A stretch of DNA of 64,000 nucleotides, from the NCBI GenBank assembly GCA_963745025.1, contig CAVUWD010000011.1, positions 160,001 through 224,000 on the forward strand. Direction: 5' to 3'. The notes under the pieces are model-generated. The model saw nothing but the letters and a program-made list of their open reading frames with translations. It made no database searches and was not told the DNA's origin. Source of the stretch: an uncultured delta proteobacterium (GTDB taxonomy: Bacteria > Desulfobacterota > Binatia > JACPRU01). Shown here piece by piece: positions 35,196 to 45,082 of the stretch. Numbering within the stretch: the stretch's first letter is position 1; each line of letters opens with the position of its first letter. The position numbers were made by a program, and so were the translations under genes.

Positions 35196-35969
35196 TCACC
35201 GCCCCTGAAACCGCGGCGGCCGCTTCTCGCGCATCGCCGCGACCCCCTCGGCCACGTCGTCGCTCTTCGCGATCCGAGCGACCTCCGCCTCGTAGTCTTC
35301 GTGGTCGATCGTGCGGCGAAACTCGTTGGCGCGGAAGATCACCTTCTTGAAGGCGCGGAGAGAAAGCGGCGCATTGGCCGCGATCGTCGCCGCGAGCTCG
35401 TACGCCGTCTTTTCGAGCTCCGCCAGCGGCACGAGTCGATTCACCATGTGGAGCGCCAGGGCACGCTCGGCGCGGAAGAAGTCTCCGGTGAAGAGCAGCT
35501 CCTTGGTCTGTGCGGTGCCGATCGTGTCGAGGAGCTTCTGGATCAGCGGGAACGGGATCACGATGCCGAGCCGCGCGAGCGGCATCGCGAACTTCACGTC
35601 TTCGGCGGCGATTCGCAGGTCGCAGTGGAGCGCGAGCTCGCAGCCGCCAGCGATCGCTTCACCCTGGACCATCGCCAGCGTTGGCTGCGGCACGCGCTCG
35701 AGCACGTGGAAAACGTCTTCGATCTCGGTGAGCCCGACCGAGCCGCGCGACGCGCGCGCCGCCGCCAGCTCCGCCAGGTCGAGTCCCGCGCAGAAAGACT
35801 TCCCCTCGCCTCGTAGGACCACGACGCGTGTCTCGCGGTCGCCGTCGAGTGACGCGAAGACCTCGAGGAGCCGCGAGAGCATCGTCGAGGACATGGCGTT
35901 GCGCTTCTCGGGACGGTTCATCGCGACGGTCAGAATCCCGTCGCGACGACTGAGCTCGACTTCGGCCAC
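35196..35969 (-). CDS. Enoyl-CoA hydratase/isomerase
   Basis: NRPEKRNA, FCAGLDL, GGCELALHCD, EKRPPRFQG. Confidence 0.92.
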   Translation of the reverse strand: MAEVELSRRDGILTVAMNRPEKRNAMSSTMLSRLLEVFASLDGDRETRVVVLRGEGKSFCAGLDLAELAAARASRGSVGLTEIEDVFHVLERVPQPTLAMVQGEAIAGGCELALHCDLRIAAEDVKFAMPLARLGIVIPFPLIQKLLDTIGTAQTKELLFTGDFFRAERALALHMVNRLVPLAELEKTAYELAATIAANAPLSLRAFKKVIFRANEFRRTIDHEDYEAEVARIAKSDDVAEGVAAMREKRPPRFQGR

Positions 35970-35989
35970 GGGGTCCTCCTTGGAATTCC

Positions 35990-36061
35990 GGCTTCAGACT
36001 TCGGGATTCGGCAAAGCCTCTGGCGTCTTTGGCTGAGACCCGAAACCAGAAGCCCGAAGCC
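35990..36061. repeat. Heptamer-armed palindromic intergenic element (GGCTTCG variant)
   Basis: GGCTTCAG/ACTTCGG/GATTCGG-CAAAG...TCTTTG...CCGAAGCC. Confidence 0.6.
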
Positions 36062-36066
36062 TGCTC

Positions 36067-36903
36067 TCAACCGATCAGCTTCGCGTAGTTGTCGAGGATC
36101 GGCATCACCTGGTCACGCGGCGCGGGCGGTAAGGGGAAGATCGCACGCTCGACGCCGATCGCCTCGTAGCCGTCGATCGCCTGGCGATCCGCGCGCGCCC
36201 AGAATACCGACACGGAGATGGATCGGGGATCTCGCCCCGCCTTCTCGGCGAGGCGGCGAAGATCCGCGATCCCCGCCTTGAGGTCATCGGCACGGAGCGA
36301 GATCGGCATCCAGCCGTCGCAGTAGCGCACGACGCGTTCGAGCGCTTTCGGGCCGTGGCCGCCGAGCAGCACGGGCGGATGCGGCTTCTGCACGGGCTTC
36401 GGGAACGAGAACACCGGATCGAAGCTCACGAACTTGCCGTGGTACTGTGCTTGCTCGTTCTGCCAGATCGCCTTCATCGCTTCGACGCGCTCGCGCAGCA
36501 GCTGCCAGCGGCTCTTGAACTCCGTGCCGTGGTTCGCCATCTCCTCGACGTTCCAACCGGCGCCGATGCCAAGGATCGCCCGGCCGTTCGACAGGTAGTC
36601 GAGGCTCGCGACCTCCTTGGCGAGCACGATCGGGTCGCGCTCGATGACGAGGCAGATGCCGGTCGCGAGCTTGATCTTCTTCGTCACTCCCGCCGCCAGG
36701 CCTAAGGCGACGAAGGGATCGTGGGTGCGGTAGTACTCGCGCGGCAGATCACCGCCCGCCGGATGCGGCGTCTTGCGCGAGCACGGGATGTGGGTGTGCT
36801 CCGGGAAGAAGAGCGACTCGAAGCCGCGCTCCTCGGCGGCACGAGCGAGGTCGTCAGGGCGGATCGCGTCGTCGGTCGGGAACATGCTGAGCGCGTATTT
36901 CAT
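36067..36903 (-). CDS. LLM-class (luciferase-like) probable F420-dependent oxidoreductase, Rv2161c-like
   Basis: AEERGFESLFFPEHTHIP, DPIVLAKEVASLDYLSNGR, GAGWNVEEM, PKPVQKPHPP. Confidence 0.9.
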   Translation of the reverse strand: MKYALSMFPTDDAIRPDDLARAAEERGFESLFFPEHTHIPCSRKTPHPAGGDLPREYYRTHDPFVALGLAAGVTKKIKLATGICLVIERDPIVLAKEVASLDYLSNGRAILGIGAGWNVEEMANHGTEFKSRWQLLRERVEAMKAIWQNEQAQYHGKFVSFDPVFSFPKPVQKPHPPVLLGGHGPKALERVVRYCDGWMPISLRADDLKAGIADLRRLAEKAGRDPRSISVSVFWARADRQAIDGYEAIGVERAIFPLPPAPRDQVMPILDNYAKLIG

Positions 36904-36975
36904 TATGGACCTTCTTTCTTTCTTGAATCCTTCTCCCGCTGAGGAGAAGGCCTGTATGAGCGGGAGAGCTCCCTC

Positions 36976-38652
36976 TTATCGCGAGAGCTTCCTATATCGA
37001 ATCCGGTGCGGTTGGTCAGCCTCGGCGCCGAGGCGCTTTCTTCGGTCCGACTCGTAGTCCTGATAGTTGCCCTCGAACCACACCACGCGACTGTCGCCCT
37101 CGAAGGCGAGCATGTGCGTGGCGACGCGGTCGAGGAACCAGCGGTCGTGGCTGATCACCACCGCGCAGCCCGCGAACTCGACGAGCGCATCTTCGAGCGC
37201 GCGCAGCGTGTCGACGTCGAGATCGTTGGTCGGCTCGTCGAGAAGCAAGAGGTTCCCCCCGCGGCGGAGCAGCTTCGCGAGGTGCAGGCGGTTTCTCTCC
37301 CCACCCGAGAGCTCGTCGACCTTCTTCTGCTGGTCGCTGCCCTTGAAATTGAACGACGCGACGTAGGCGCGCGACGGCACTTCGCGCCTCCCCACCATGA
37401 GCCGGTCCGCGCCGCCGCTGATCTCTTCCCAGACGCTCTTCTTGGCGTCGAGCGCATCGCGGCTCTGGTCGACGTACGCGAGCTCGACCGTGTCGCCGAG
37501 CCGGAGGCTTCCGGCATCGGGCTTCTCCTCGCCGGTGATCATGCGGAAGAGCGTCGTCTTGCCGGCTCCGTTCGGTCCGATCACACCGACGATCCCGCCC
37601 GGCGGCAGCGCAAACGAGAGATCGTCGATCAGCAGCCGGTCGCCATAGCCCTTGCGCAGGCTCTTGGCCTCGACCACGACATTGCCGAGGCGCGGGCCGG
37701 GGGGGATCGAGATCTCGAGCTCATCCGTGCGTCGCTCGGCGGTCTCCGCGAACATCGACTCGTAAGCCTTCAAGCGGGCTTTGCTCTTCGCCTGTCGCGC
37801 GCGCGGCGCCATGCGCACCCACTCGAGCTCGCGGGCGAGCGTGCGGCTCCGGGCCGACTCGTGCTTCTCCTCGTTGGCGAGGCGCTGCTTCTTCTGATCG
37901 AGCCACGACGAGTAATTGCCCTTCCAAGGAATGCCCGCACCACGATCGAGCTCGAGGATCCAGCCGGCGACGTTGTCGAGGAAGTAGCGGTCGTGGGTGA
38001 TCGCTACGACCGTGCCCGAATACTCCTGGAGGTGGCGCTCGAGCCAGGCGACGGACTCGGCGTCGAGGTGATTGGTCGGCTCGTCGAGGAGCAGCAGATC
38101 TGGCTTCTGAAGAAGCAGCCGGCAGAGCGCGACGCGCCGCCGCTCTCCACCCGAGAGCTTCGCGACGTCCGCGTCGGACGGCGGCAGACGTAGCGCGTCC
38201 ATGGCGATCTCCAGCGAATGATCGAGCTCCCACGCGTTGGTGGCATCGATCCGATCCTGGAGCTCGGCCTGCTCGTCGAGAAGCGTGGTCATCTCTTCGT
38301 CGGGCATGGGCTCGGCCATTTTCACGCTGATTTCGTCGAAGCGCTGAAGCAGCGCGCGGACCTCCGCGACTCCCTCTTCGACGTTTCCGCGCACGTCCTT
38401 GCGTGGATCGAGCGCCGGCTCCTGCGGCAGGTAGCCGACGCGGATGCCTTCCGCCGGCCACGCTTCGCCGAGAAACTCCTTGTCGAGCCCCGCCATGATA
38501 CGGAGCAACGTCGACTTCCCCGCGCCATTGGAGCCGAGCACGCCGATCTTCGCTCCCGGCAAGAACGAAAGCCAAATTCCTTTGAGCACCTCGCGGTTCG
38601 GAGGATAGACCCTGCGCAGGTCTTTCATGGTGAAGATGAACTGTTGGGCCAA
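36976..38652 (-). CDS. ettA: Energy-dependent translational throttle ABC-F protein
   Basis: TTG 38652 after GGAGAGG; [21 protein letters not shown], two ABC domains, [17 protein letters not shown]-terminus. Confidence 0.96.
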   Translation of the reverse strand: MAQQFIFTMKDLRRVYPPNREVLKGIWLSFLPGAKIGVLGSNGAGKSTLLRIMAGLDKEFLGEAWPAEGIRVGYLPQEPALDPRKDVRGNVEEGVAEVRALLQRFDEISVKMAEPMPDEEMTTLLDEQAELQDRIDATNAWELDHSLEIAMDALRLPPSDADVAKLSGGERRRVALCRLLLQKPDLLLLDEPTNHLDAESVAWLERHLQEYSGTVVAITHDRYFLDNVAGWILELDRGAGIPWKGNYSSWLDQKKQRLANEEKHESARSRTLARELEWVRMAPRARQAKSKARLKAYESMFAETAERRTDELEISIPPGPRLGNVVVEAKSLRKGYGDRLLIDDLSFALPPGGIVGVIGPNGAGKTTLFRMITGEEKPDAGSLRLGDTVELAYVDQSRDALDAKKSVWEEISGGADRLMVGRREVPSRAYVASFNFKGSDQQKKVDELSGGERNRLHLAKLLRRGGNLLLLDEPTNDLDVDTLRALEDALVEFAGCAVVISHDRWFLDRVATHMLAFEGDSRVVWFEGNYQDYESDRRKRLGAEADQPHRIRYRKLSR

Positions 38653-38665
38653 AGTAAAATCCTCT

Positions 38666-38716
38666 CCGGCTACCGGCAAAGACTTCGCGGCATCTCTTGC
38701 GGTAGTCGGTAGCCGG
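38666..38716. repeat. Heptamer-armed palindromic intergenic element
   Basis: CCGGCTACCGGCAAAGAC...TCTTGCGGTAGTCGGTAGCCGG. Confidence 0.75.
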
Positions 38717-38722
38717 CGGCCG

Positions 38723-39580
38723 TCATTTGAATTCCCGCGGCTCCCACCACGGGTAGAATTCCGGCATCTCGCTCGGCTTCATCTTGAACTTCGCGGGCCG
38801 TTTCTCAAGGAATGCCGTCACGCCCTCGTACGCGTCCGCCGAGCGACCCATCCAATAGACCGCCTTCGAGTCGATTTGGTGCGCTTCCATCGGATGGTCC
38901 GCGCCGAGCATCTTCCAGAGCATCTGGCGCGTCAGGGCGACGGACATCGCCGAGGTGTTGTCGGCGATCTCGCGGGCCAACGCGCGGGCCGTCGGTAGGA
39001 GATCTTCCGGGGCGACGACTCGACTCACCAGGCCGCCCGCCAGGGCTTCTTCGGCAGGAAACACGCGCCCCGTGTACACCCACTCGGCAGCGCGGCTCAC
39101 GCCGACCACGCGCGGCAAGAACCAACTGCTCGCCGCCTCGGGAACGATCCCTCGCCGTACGAAGACGAAGCCCATGCGTGCCGTGCTCGATGCGATGCGC
39201 ACGTCCATCGGCAGGGTCATGGTTACGCCGACGCCGACGGCGGGTCCGTTGATCGCGGCGATCACCGGCTTCTTCGAATCGTAGATCCGGAGCGTCAACA
39301 ACCCGCCACCGTCACGATGCTCGGCGATCGACCCTGCACGTCCCCCCGCCGGCGAGTCGAACGTGTCGGCACCACTGCCGAGGTCCGCGCCGGCGCAGAA
39401 GGCACGGCCGGCTCCGGTGACGATCACGACCCGGACCAAATCGTCCGCATCCGAGCGATCGAAGGCATCGAGCAGCTCCCGGCACATTCGCGCGGTGAAC
39501 GCGTTCAGTCGCTCGGGGCGGGCGAGCGTGATGGTGAGGATCGAGTCCTCGACGGCATAGAGAATCTGTTCGTATCGCAT
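38723..39580 (-). CDS. Crotonase/enoyl-CoA hydratase family protein
   Basis: [41 protein letters not shown]. Confidence 0.92.
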   Translation of the reverse strand: MRYEQILYAVEDSILTITLARPERLNAFTARMCRELLDAFDRSDADDLVRVVIVTGAGRAFCAGADLGSGADTFDSPAGGRAGSIAEHRDGGGLLTLRIYDSKKPVIAAINGPAVGVGVTMTLPMDVRIASSTARMGFVFVRRGIVPEAASSWFLPRVVGVSRAAEWVYTGRVFPAEEALAGGLVSRVVAPEDLLPTARALAREIADNTSAMSVALTRQMLWKMLGADHPMEAHQIDSKAVYWMGRSADAYEGVTAFLEKRPAKFKMKPSEMPEFYPWWEPREFK

Positions 39581-39588
39581 GGCCGACC

Positions 39589-39662
39589 TCGGGTATCTGC
39601 TTCAGGCTTCGGCAAGAGACACTTCGGGTATCCTTTCCCGAAGCCCGACGCCAGATACCCGA
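39589..39662. repeat. Palindromic intergenic element (same family, GGCTTCG variant)
   Basis: TCGGGTATCTG...GGCTTCGGCAAGAG...CTTTCCCGAAGCC...CAGATACCCGA. Confidence 0.6.
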
Positions 39663-39708
39663 ATCGTCTCCCACTTGTACCGGCCGAAGGGCGGGTCGAC
39701 ACGCCAGC

Positions 39709-40455
39709 CTACCGAGCTCGCGGGTTCTCGAGCCCCGAGCGCCACAAGGCGGCGCCGCCTTTCATGCCGCAATCGTTCTCGACCAGGCGTACGTCGGCGG
39801 GCAGCTCGAACTGGATGTGGCGGCCGTTGCCCCCGCCAATGTACAGGGCATCGAAGTTGGTGAGCGTGCGCAGCGTTTCGATGGCGCGCTCGACCCGCCG
39901 ATTCCACCTCTTCTTGCCGATCTGCTTGAGGGCCGCATTGCCGAGCTGCTGATCATAGGTCTCCCCTTTCCGGAACGGGTGCTGGGAGATCTCGAGGTGA
40001 GGCCCGAGCCACCCATCGACGAGGATCGCCGACCCGAGCCCGGTGCCGAGCGTGATCATCACCTCGACCCCCTTGCCGCGTGCCGCTCCGAGTCCCTGCA
40101 TGTCGGCGTCGTTCTTCACGCGTACGGGCCTCTTCCAGAGCCTGCCGAGCGCGGCGGCGAGGTCGAAGCCCTTCCAGTCCGCGGTGCCGAGGTTCGGCGC
40201 GGTCAAGACCTTGCCATGGCGCACGACGCCGGGAAACCCGACCGAGACGCCGGTCACCGAGGAATCGAGGGCCAGCGGCCGCACGAGGGCGGCGAGTGCG
40301 CGGACCAGCACGCGCGGAGGAGACGGATGCGGCGTCTTCACGCGCAGGCGATCGGTGAGCATGCGCCCGCGCCGGTCGATGAGCGCAGCCTTCAACCCCG
40401 TACCACCGATGTCGATGGCCAGGATTCTGTCGATCGACTTGCCGCTCGTGCCCAT
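39709..40455 (-). CDS. ROK-family sugar kinase, polyphosphate glucokinase-like
   Basis: IDIGGTGLK, VGFPGVV, NDADMQG, TLGTGLGSA, YIGGGN. Confidence 0.88.
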   Translation of the reverse strand: MGTSGKSIDRILAIDIGGTGLKAALIDRRGRMLTDRLRVKTPHPSPPRVLVRALAALVRPLALDSSVTGVSVGFPGVVRHGKVLTAPNLGTADWKGFDLAAALGRLWKRPVRVKNDADMQGLGAARGKGVEVMITLGTGLGSAILVDGWLGPHLEISQHPFRKGETYDQQLGNAALKQIGKKRWNRRVERAIETLRTLTNFDALYIGGGNGRHIQFELPADVRLVENDCGMKGGAALWRSGLENPRAR

Positions 40456-40560
40456 TTCTCCTTCCCCTCTCTGCTCAGCCTATCGTACGTAGGAGATCAT
40501 GCTCTCCGCGGCATCGGCGCGGTGGCGGGGATCGCCTCCACGGGTCCAAGTATTTTCGCT

Positions 40561-41286
40561 TCAAGGCTCGTAGCTCAGCCGCGGATACCAATCCTCGCCC
40601 CGGCCCTCCGGGGTGAGATCGAAGAGGTTCCAGAGCGGCCAGATCGAGTCGACGTGCCGCGGATTCTGTCCGGGCTCGGTCTTCGCGAAGAAGAGCTCCG
40701 TCGCATAGAAGTGACGCACCTCGCCGTCGCGCTTGACGAAGACGTTGAGGATCGGATTCTGCGAGCCGTCGGCCGCGTCGGCATGGTAGTCGCGGTTGTA
40801 CGTGTTCCCGGCAGATGAGAGGAGGCGCAGGTTCCGCCATCCTCGCGCGCGGGCGTGGGCGCGGATGCGCTCGAGCGGAGATTTTGCCACGACCACGAGA
40901 TTCACGCGCTGGCTCGCGTGCGGTGTTGTCCCGTTCAGGCTGTCGAGCATCGCCGTGCACATCGGGCAGGGCTTCTCCATCGCCGGGCCGTACATGAAGC
41001 TGTAGGCGACGAGAGTGTCCTTTCCCCGCTCGAAGAGGTCGGAGAGCTGCACCCTGCGCACGGTTCCAACGTCATCGAGCTCGGCCGCACCTTCTTCGAA
41101 GACGTAGTCCTCGGCGGCGGGACCCCCGAGTGGGAGAGCCCGGCGCCGAGCCGCGACCTCCTCGATATGGCGGCGAAGCGCCACCTCCTCCCGAAGCAGT
41201 CGGTCACGCGCCTCGCGGTATTCGCCGCTCTCGCCGGGGAAGCGCATCGAGTGCAGCGTGGACGAGTCCTCTCGATCGGTGCTCAT
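40561..41286 (-). CDS. DUF899-family thioredoxin-like protein
   Basis: ATG 41286 after GAGGAGG; RRALPLG, LSDLF, YSFMYGP..CPMC, WNLFDLTPEGR. Confidence 0.88.
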   Translation of the reverse strand: MSTDREDSSTLHSMRFPGESGEYREARDRLLREEVALRRHIEEVAARRRALPLGGPAAEDYVFEEGAAELDDVGTVRRVQLSDLFERGKDTLVAYSFMYGPAMEKPCPMCTAMLDSLNGTTPHASQRVNLVVVAKSPLERIRAHARARGWRNLRLLSSAGNTYNRDYHADAADGSQNPILNVFVKRDGEVRHFYATELFFAKTEPGQNPRHVDSIWPLWNLFDLTPEGRGEDWYPRLSYEP

Positions 41287-41343
41287 TCGAAACCTCCTCG
41301 ATCTCCTACCCGCGTCCCTCACCAGCCTCCATCGGGAAAGTGC

Positions 41344-42648
41344 TCAGCGCTTCAGCCCGACGACGTTGAACGCCGGAACCGGTTTCGCCAGGCCCTTCAG
41401 CACCAGGGGCCCGACCGGCTCGGTCTCGATCAGGTCCTCCGCGTCGCTCGCCACGCGCCGCGTGACGAGAATCTGCGAAGGCTTGGCCTCGCCGCACAGG
41501 CGCGCTGCCAGGTTGGTGACGGTGCCGATCGCGCCGTAATCCCAGCGGCCTTCGAAGCCGATGGCGCCGATCGTCGCATAACCCTGCGCGATGCCGATGC
41601 CGAGATCGAGCTCGTGGCCGCGCCTGCGCCATCTCTCGCAGAGCGGCGTCACGCGCTCGCGCATCGCCAGCGCCATTCGCACGGCCCGCTTCGCGGGATC
41701 GGCGACCGGTGTCGGGTCGTTGAAGAAGATCATCATGCCGTCGCCTGTGAAGCGCTCGAGCGTGCCCTCGTGCTCGAGAATCAGCCGGCCCATCTCCGCG
41801 TGGTACTCGCGGAGCACGCTCATCACCTCTTCGGGCTCCGCGGTCTCCGCGAAGGCGGTGAAACCGCGCAGATCGAGGAACACCACCGTGACGTCGCGGC
41901 GGTGAGTCTTCAGCGGATCGTCGGCGCCACCGGTGACGATCAGCTCGGCAAGCTGCGGAGAGAAGAAGCGCTTCAGGCGGCCGAGCTTCTCCACCATCTG
42001 ATACGTGCGCGCGTTGTCGATCGCCGTCGCCGCCTGATTCGCCACGATCGTGAGAAGGATCTCGTCGAGCTCGTCGAAGGCGTTCGCTTTCGGACTCTCG
42101 ACGGCGAGCACGCCGACCAGCCGATCCTTGACGAGCAACGGAAGGGCGAGCTGGCTCTGCCCCTTGGCAAGACCGGGAAGAGCCGGCGCGTCACCGCCGG
42201 GCGCGATGTCCCCCGCCGCCTCCATACGCGCCCGGATGCTCCCGAGGTAGGCGACGGTGGCCCCGATGTTGCCGATGCGCATCATGCGTTTGCGGTCGGC
42301 GACGACGCCGAGGACGCCGTGACCGAGCGCAACCTCGGCTCCGACGCCGCTCGGGTCGTAGCCGCGGCTGGCGAAGACGCGGAGCTTCGACTCGGCGAGA
42401 TCCTTGAGCAGCACCATCGAATACTGGAAGCCGAGCACTCGCTCCATGGCGCGCAAGACGATCGCAAGGACCTCGTCGAGATCGAGCGTGGAGGTGATCT
42501 CCGAGGAGATCTGCTGGATGATCCGAACCTCGTTAAACTTCTTCGCGAGGTCGCGGTTCAGCCGGTCGATCGTCTGCTGATTTTGAGCAATCTGCTCCCG
42601 GAGCCCGGGGAGAGCTCCTTCGTCAGGGGTGGGGTCGTTCGGCGGCAT
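41344..42648 (-). CDS. GAF-domain class III adenylate/guanylate cyclase
   Basis: GAF (LALPLLVKDRLVGVLAVES, QAATAIDNAR); VFLDLRGFT, FTGDG, GTVTNLAARL. Confidence 0.92.
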   Translation of the reverse strand: MPPNDPTPDEGALPGLREQIAQNQQTIDRLNRDLAKKFNEVRIIQQISSEITSTLDLDEVLAIVLRAMERVLGFQYSMVLLKDLAESKLRVFASRGYDPSGVGAEVALGHGVLGVVADRKRMMRIGNIGATVAYLGSIRARMEAAGDIAPGGDAPALPGLAKGQSQLALPLLVKDRLVGVLAVESPKANAFDELDEILLTIVANQAATAIDNARTYQMVEKLGRLKRFFSPQLAELIVTGGADDPLKTHRRDVTVVFLDLRGFTAFAETAEPEEVMSVLREYHAEMGRLILEHEGTLERFTGDGMMIFFNDPTPVADPAKRAVRMALAMRERVTPLCERWRRRGHELDLGIGIAQGYATIGAIGFEGRWDYGAIGTVTNLAARLCGEAKPSQILVTRRVASDAEDLIETEPVGPLVLKGLAKPVPAFNVVGLKR

Positions 42649-43036
42649 TCTTCGTGGCGCGGATGACGCGATAGATGTCGGCGGCGCGAAGCTTGAAGAT
42701 CCCCTTCAGACCGACCATCGAGGCGATCGCCTCGATCTGCATGTCCATCACCTCGAAGATCGGCCCTTCCGTCTCCGAGCGGTCGTACTCGACCTCTAGA
42801 TCCCAGGTCTCGAAGGTCTCGGGATTGACGACCCATACCAGCGCCCGAGGGTTCTCCCGCACGTTGCGGGTGGTCTTGTTGAAGAATTGATGGGACAGCG
42901 CCACGTGATCGGCGTCGACGTAGTAGACCTGGGAGATGGAGCTCGCGTTCGGGATCCCGTCGCCTGAGCAGGTCACGACGTGAGAGGGAAAAATGCCCTG
43001 CATCGCAGGCTTGATCTCGTCCGGCAGGATTCCCAC
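42623..43036 (-). CDS. Pyridoxamine-5'-phosphate-oxidase-like (PPOX) split-barrel protein
   Basis: VTCSGDGIPNAS, VALSHQFFNKTTRNVRENPRA. Confidence 0.85.
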   Translation of the reverse strand: MGILPDEIKPAMQGIFPSHVVTCSGDGIPNASSISQVYYVDADHVALSHQFFNKTTRNVRENPRALVWVVNPETFETWDLEVEYDRSETEGPIFEVMDMQIEAIASMVGLKGIFKLRAADIYRVIRATKNAAERPHP

Positions 43037-43051
43037 GGCGGCGCTCCTCGC

Positions 43052-43516
43052 TTATGCCAGCTTGCTGCCGGCGCCGGGGCCAGGGGTCTGTAGGAAGACC
43101 TCCTCCACCCGGAAGGTGATCGCCACGCTCGGTCGGTAGGGGATCGCTCGAATGAGAGCGGTCGCGAACTCCTCGGGGAAGACTTGGCGAGCCGCGGCGG
43201 CCAGCTTCGCGAGATAGGCCTCTTGAAGCGCGAGCTCCTGCTCGTCGGCCGGTCGCGACGAGGCATAGGTGCCCTTCAGTTGGTAGGCTTCATGACTGAC
43301 CAGGCCGACGGCGAGTGCCACGCGCCCGTTGTCGCGAAGATCTCGAAGGATCCTTCCGGAAACGCTCTCGGCGACGAAGAACGTGACCGTCTGCCGGTCC
43401 TCGCTCACGAAGGCACCGACTGCGAAGGCGTGGGCGGGGTGCAGCTCCGCGTCGCGCGTGCCGACGTGCATGAACACCGGTCCGCGAAGAACCTCGAGGA
43501 CTCTGTCAGGGATCAT
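43052..43516 (-). CDS. PPOX-like split-barrel protein
   Basis: VGTRDAELHP, LRDNGRVAL, HEAYQLKG, FLQTPGPGAG. Confidence 0.8.
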   Translation of the reverse strand: MIPDRVLEVLRGPVFMHVGTRDAELHPAHAFAVGAFVSEDRQTVTFFVAESVSGRILRDLRDNGRVALAVGLVSHEAYQLKGTYASSRPADEQELALQEAYLAKLAAAARQVFPEEFATALIRAIPYRPSVAITFRVEEVFLQTPGPGAGSKLA

Positions 43517-43579
43517 CGGAGCCGACCGCTATCGCCACCCGCAGAACCAAGTCAAGGCGAGCGCGGAGGAGCCTTTCCC

Positions 43580-43969
43580 TCACGTCTCTCCCTCCAAACG
43601 CAAGCGCTCGGCCTTGGCGTAGGTGTGTTTCTCGCGCACCAGACCGTCGCGGACGTGGAGGATGTCGAGTCCGCGCCAAAATCGCCGGCGTGCTGCCTTC
43701 TCGATCTCGCAGCGCCAACGAACAAGCGCCTTCCCGGCCCGCTCGTCGACGAAGAGATCCTCGATGTGGAAGCGGATGCGGCCGAAGTCGCCGCGGAATT
43801 GCGGTGTGAAGACCTCGCGGATCGCCTGCTTGCCGACGCTCCGGCGGCCGTCGAACTGCTCGTACACGGCGTCTTCCGACATCAGTGACAGGACTTCCTC
43901 GAGGTCCTCGCGGTTGAAGGCCTCGGTGAAGCGGACGACAAACTCTTCGAGAACCGTTCGCTCGATCAC
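43580..43969 (-). CDS. SnoaL/NTF2-like protein
   Basis: FTEAFNREDLE, SEDAVY, GKQAIR, GLDILHVRDGLVREK. Confidence 0.85.
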   Translation of the reverse strand: MIERTVLEEFVVRFTEAFNREDLEEVLSLMSEDAVYEQFDGRRSVGKQAIREVFTPQFRGDFGRIRFHIEDLFVDERAGKALVRWRCEIEKAARRRFWRGLDILHVRDGLVREKHTYAKAERLRLEGET

Positions 43970-44161
43970 CGTCGAGCCTCCTTGCGCCTGCTACCTAGCA
44001 CAGCCGCGCAATCGCTTGCACCCGCGGGCAACACCTCCGCGTACCGATTGACCTCCGCAACCGATCTTATACGGTACCGCCAGCGAACCCGTGAGCCGCC
44101 ACCACGGAGACGGGCGTGCCACTCGTGGCGGAAAAAATCTTGGACGGAGGGAAAACCGGAG

Positions 44162-45061
44162 ATGGCGAACGTAACGGCCAACGGCATCCGCATCGAGTAC
44201 GAAACGTTCGGCGACCGCAGGCATCCGGCGATGTTGCTGATCATGGGGCTCGGCGCCCAGATGATCTTCTGGGACGACGACTTCTGCGGCGAGATCACCA
44301 GCCGCGGCTTTCACCTCATCCGCTTCGACAACCGCGACTGCGGGCTCTCCACCCACTTCTCCGAGAAGGGCATTCCCGACGTCTTCAAGGCGGTGACGGC
44401 ATCGCTGGCCGGCGAGAAGGTCGAAGCGCCGTACTCGCTCGGCGACATGGCGGCCGACGCGGTGGGGCTGCTCGACCGGCTCGGCATCGCGGGCGCACAC
44501 GTCGTTGGCGCGTCGCTGGGAGGCATGATCGCACAGACCATCGCCATCGATCATCCGGCGCGGGTTCTCTCGCTCACCTCGATCATGTCGACGACGGGAA
44601 ACCCAGAGGTGCCGCCGGCGAAACCCGAGGCGTTGGCGGTGCTGCTCACGCCGACGCCCTCCGATCGCGCGCAGTTCCTCGATCACATGGTACGGTCGTT
44701 TCGCATCATCGGCAGCCCAGGGTTCGAGCTCGACGAGGCGGGCTTCCGCGACCGCGTCGGTCGCGCGTTCGACCGCAGCTACGATCCGGCCGGCGTCGCG
44801 CGACAGCTGGTCGCGGCCCTCGCTGACGGGAATCGCAAGCCGCGCCTGCGCTCGGTGCGGGCCCCGACGCTCGTGATCCACGGCAAGCAGGATCCGCTCG
44901 TCCCGGTCGAGGGTGGCATCGACACCGCCGATGGGGTCCCGGGCGCACGGCTGCTGGTGATCGACGGCATGGGCCACGATCTACCGCGCGGCGCCTGGCC
45001 CCAGATCGTCGATGCGATCGCGGACATCGCCGCGTCGGCCGACCGCGCCGCCGCCTCGTGA
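44162..45061 (+). CDS. Alpha/beta-fold hydrolase
   Basis: ATG 44162; IMGLG, RFDNRDCGLS, GASLGG nucleophile, HGKQDPLV, GMGHDL. Confidence 0.93.
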   Translation: MANVTANGIRIEYETFGDRRHPAMLLIMGLGAQMIFWDDDFCGEITSRGFHLIRFDNRDCGLSTHFSEKGIPDVFKAVTASLAGEKVEAPYSLGDMAADAVGLLDRLGIAGAHVVGASLGGMIAQTIAIDHPARVLSLTSIMSTTGNPEVPPAKPEALAVLLTPTPSDRAQFLDHMVRSFRIIGSPGFELDEAGFRDRVGRAFDRSYDPAGVARQLVAALADGNRKPRLRSVRAPTLVIHGKQDPLVPVEGGIDTADGVPGARLLVIDGMGHDLPRGAWPQIVDAIADIAASADRAAAS

Positions 45062-45082
45062 TCGCGTCCGCGGCCTGACGCC

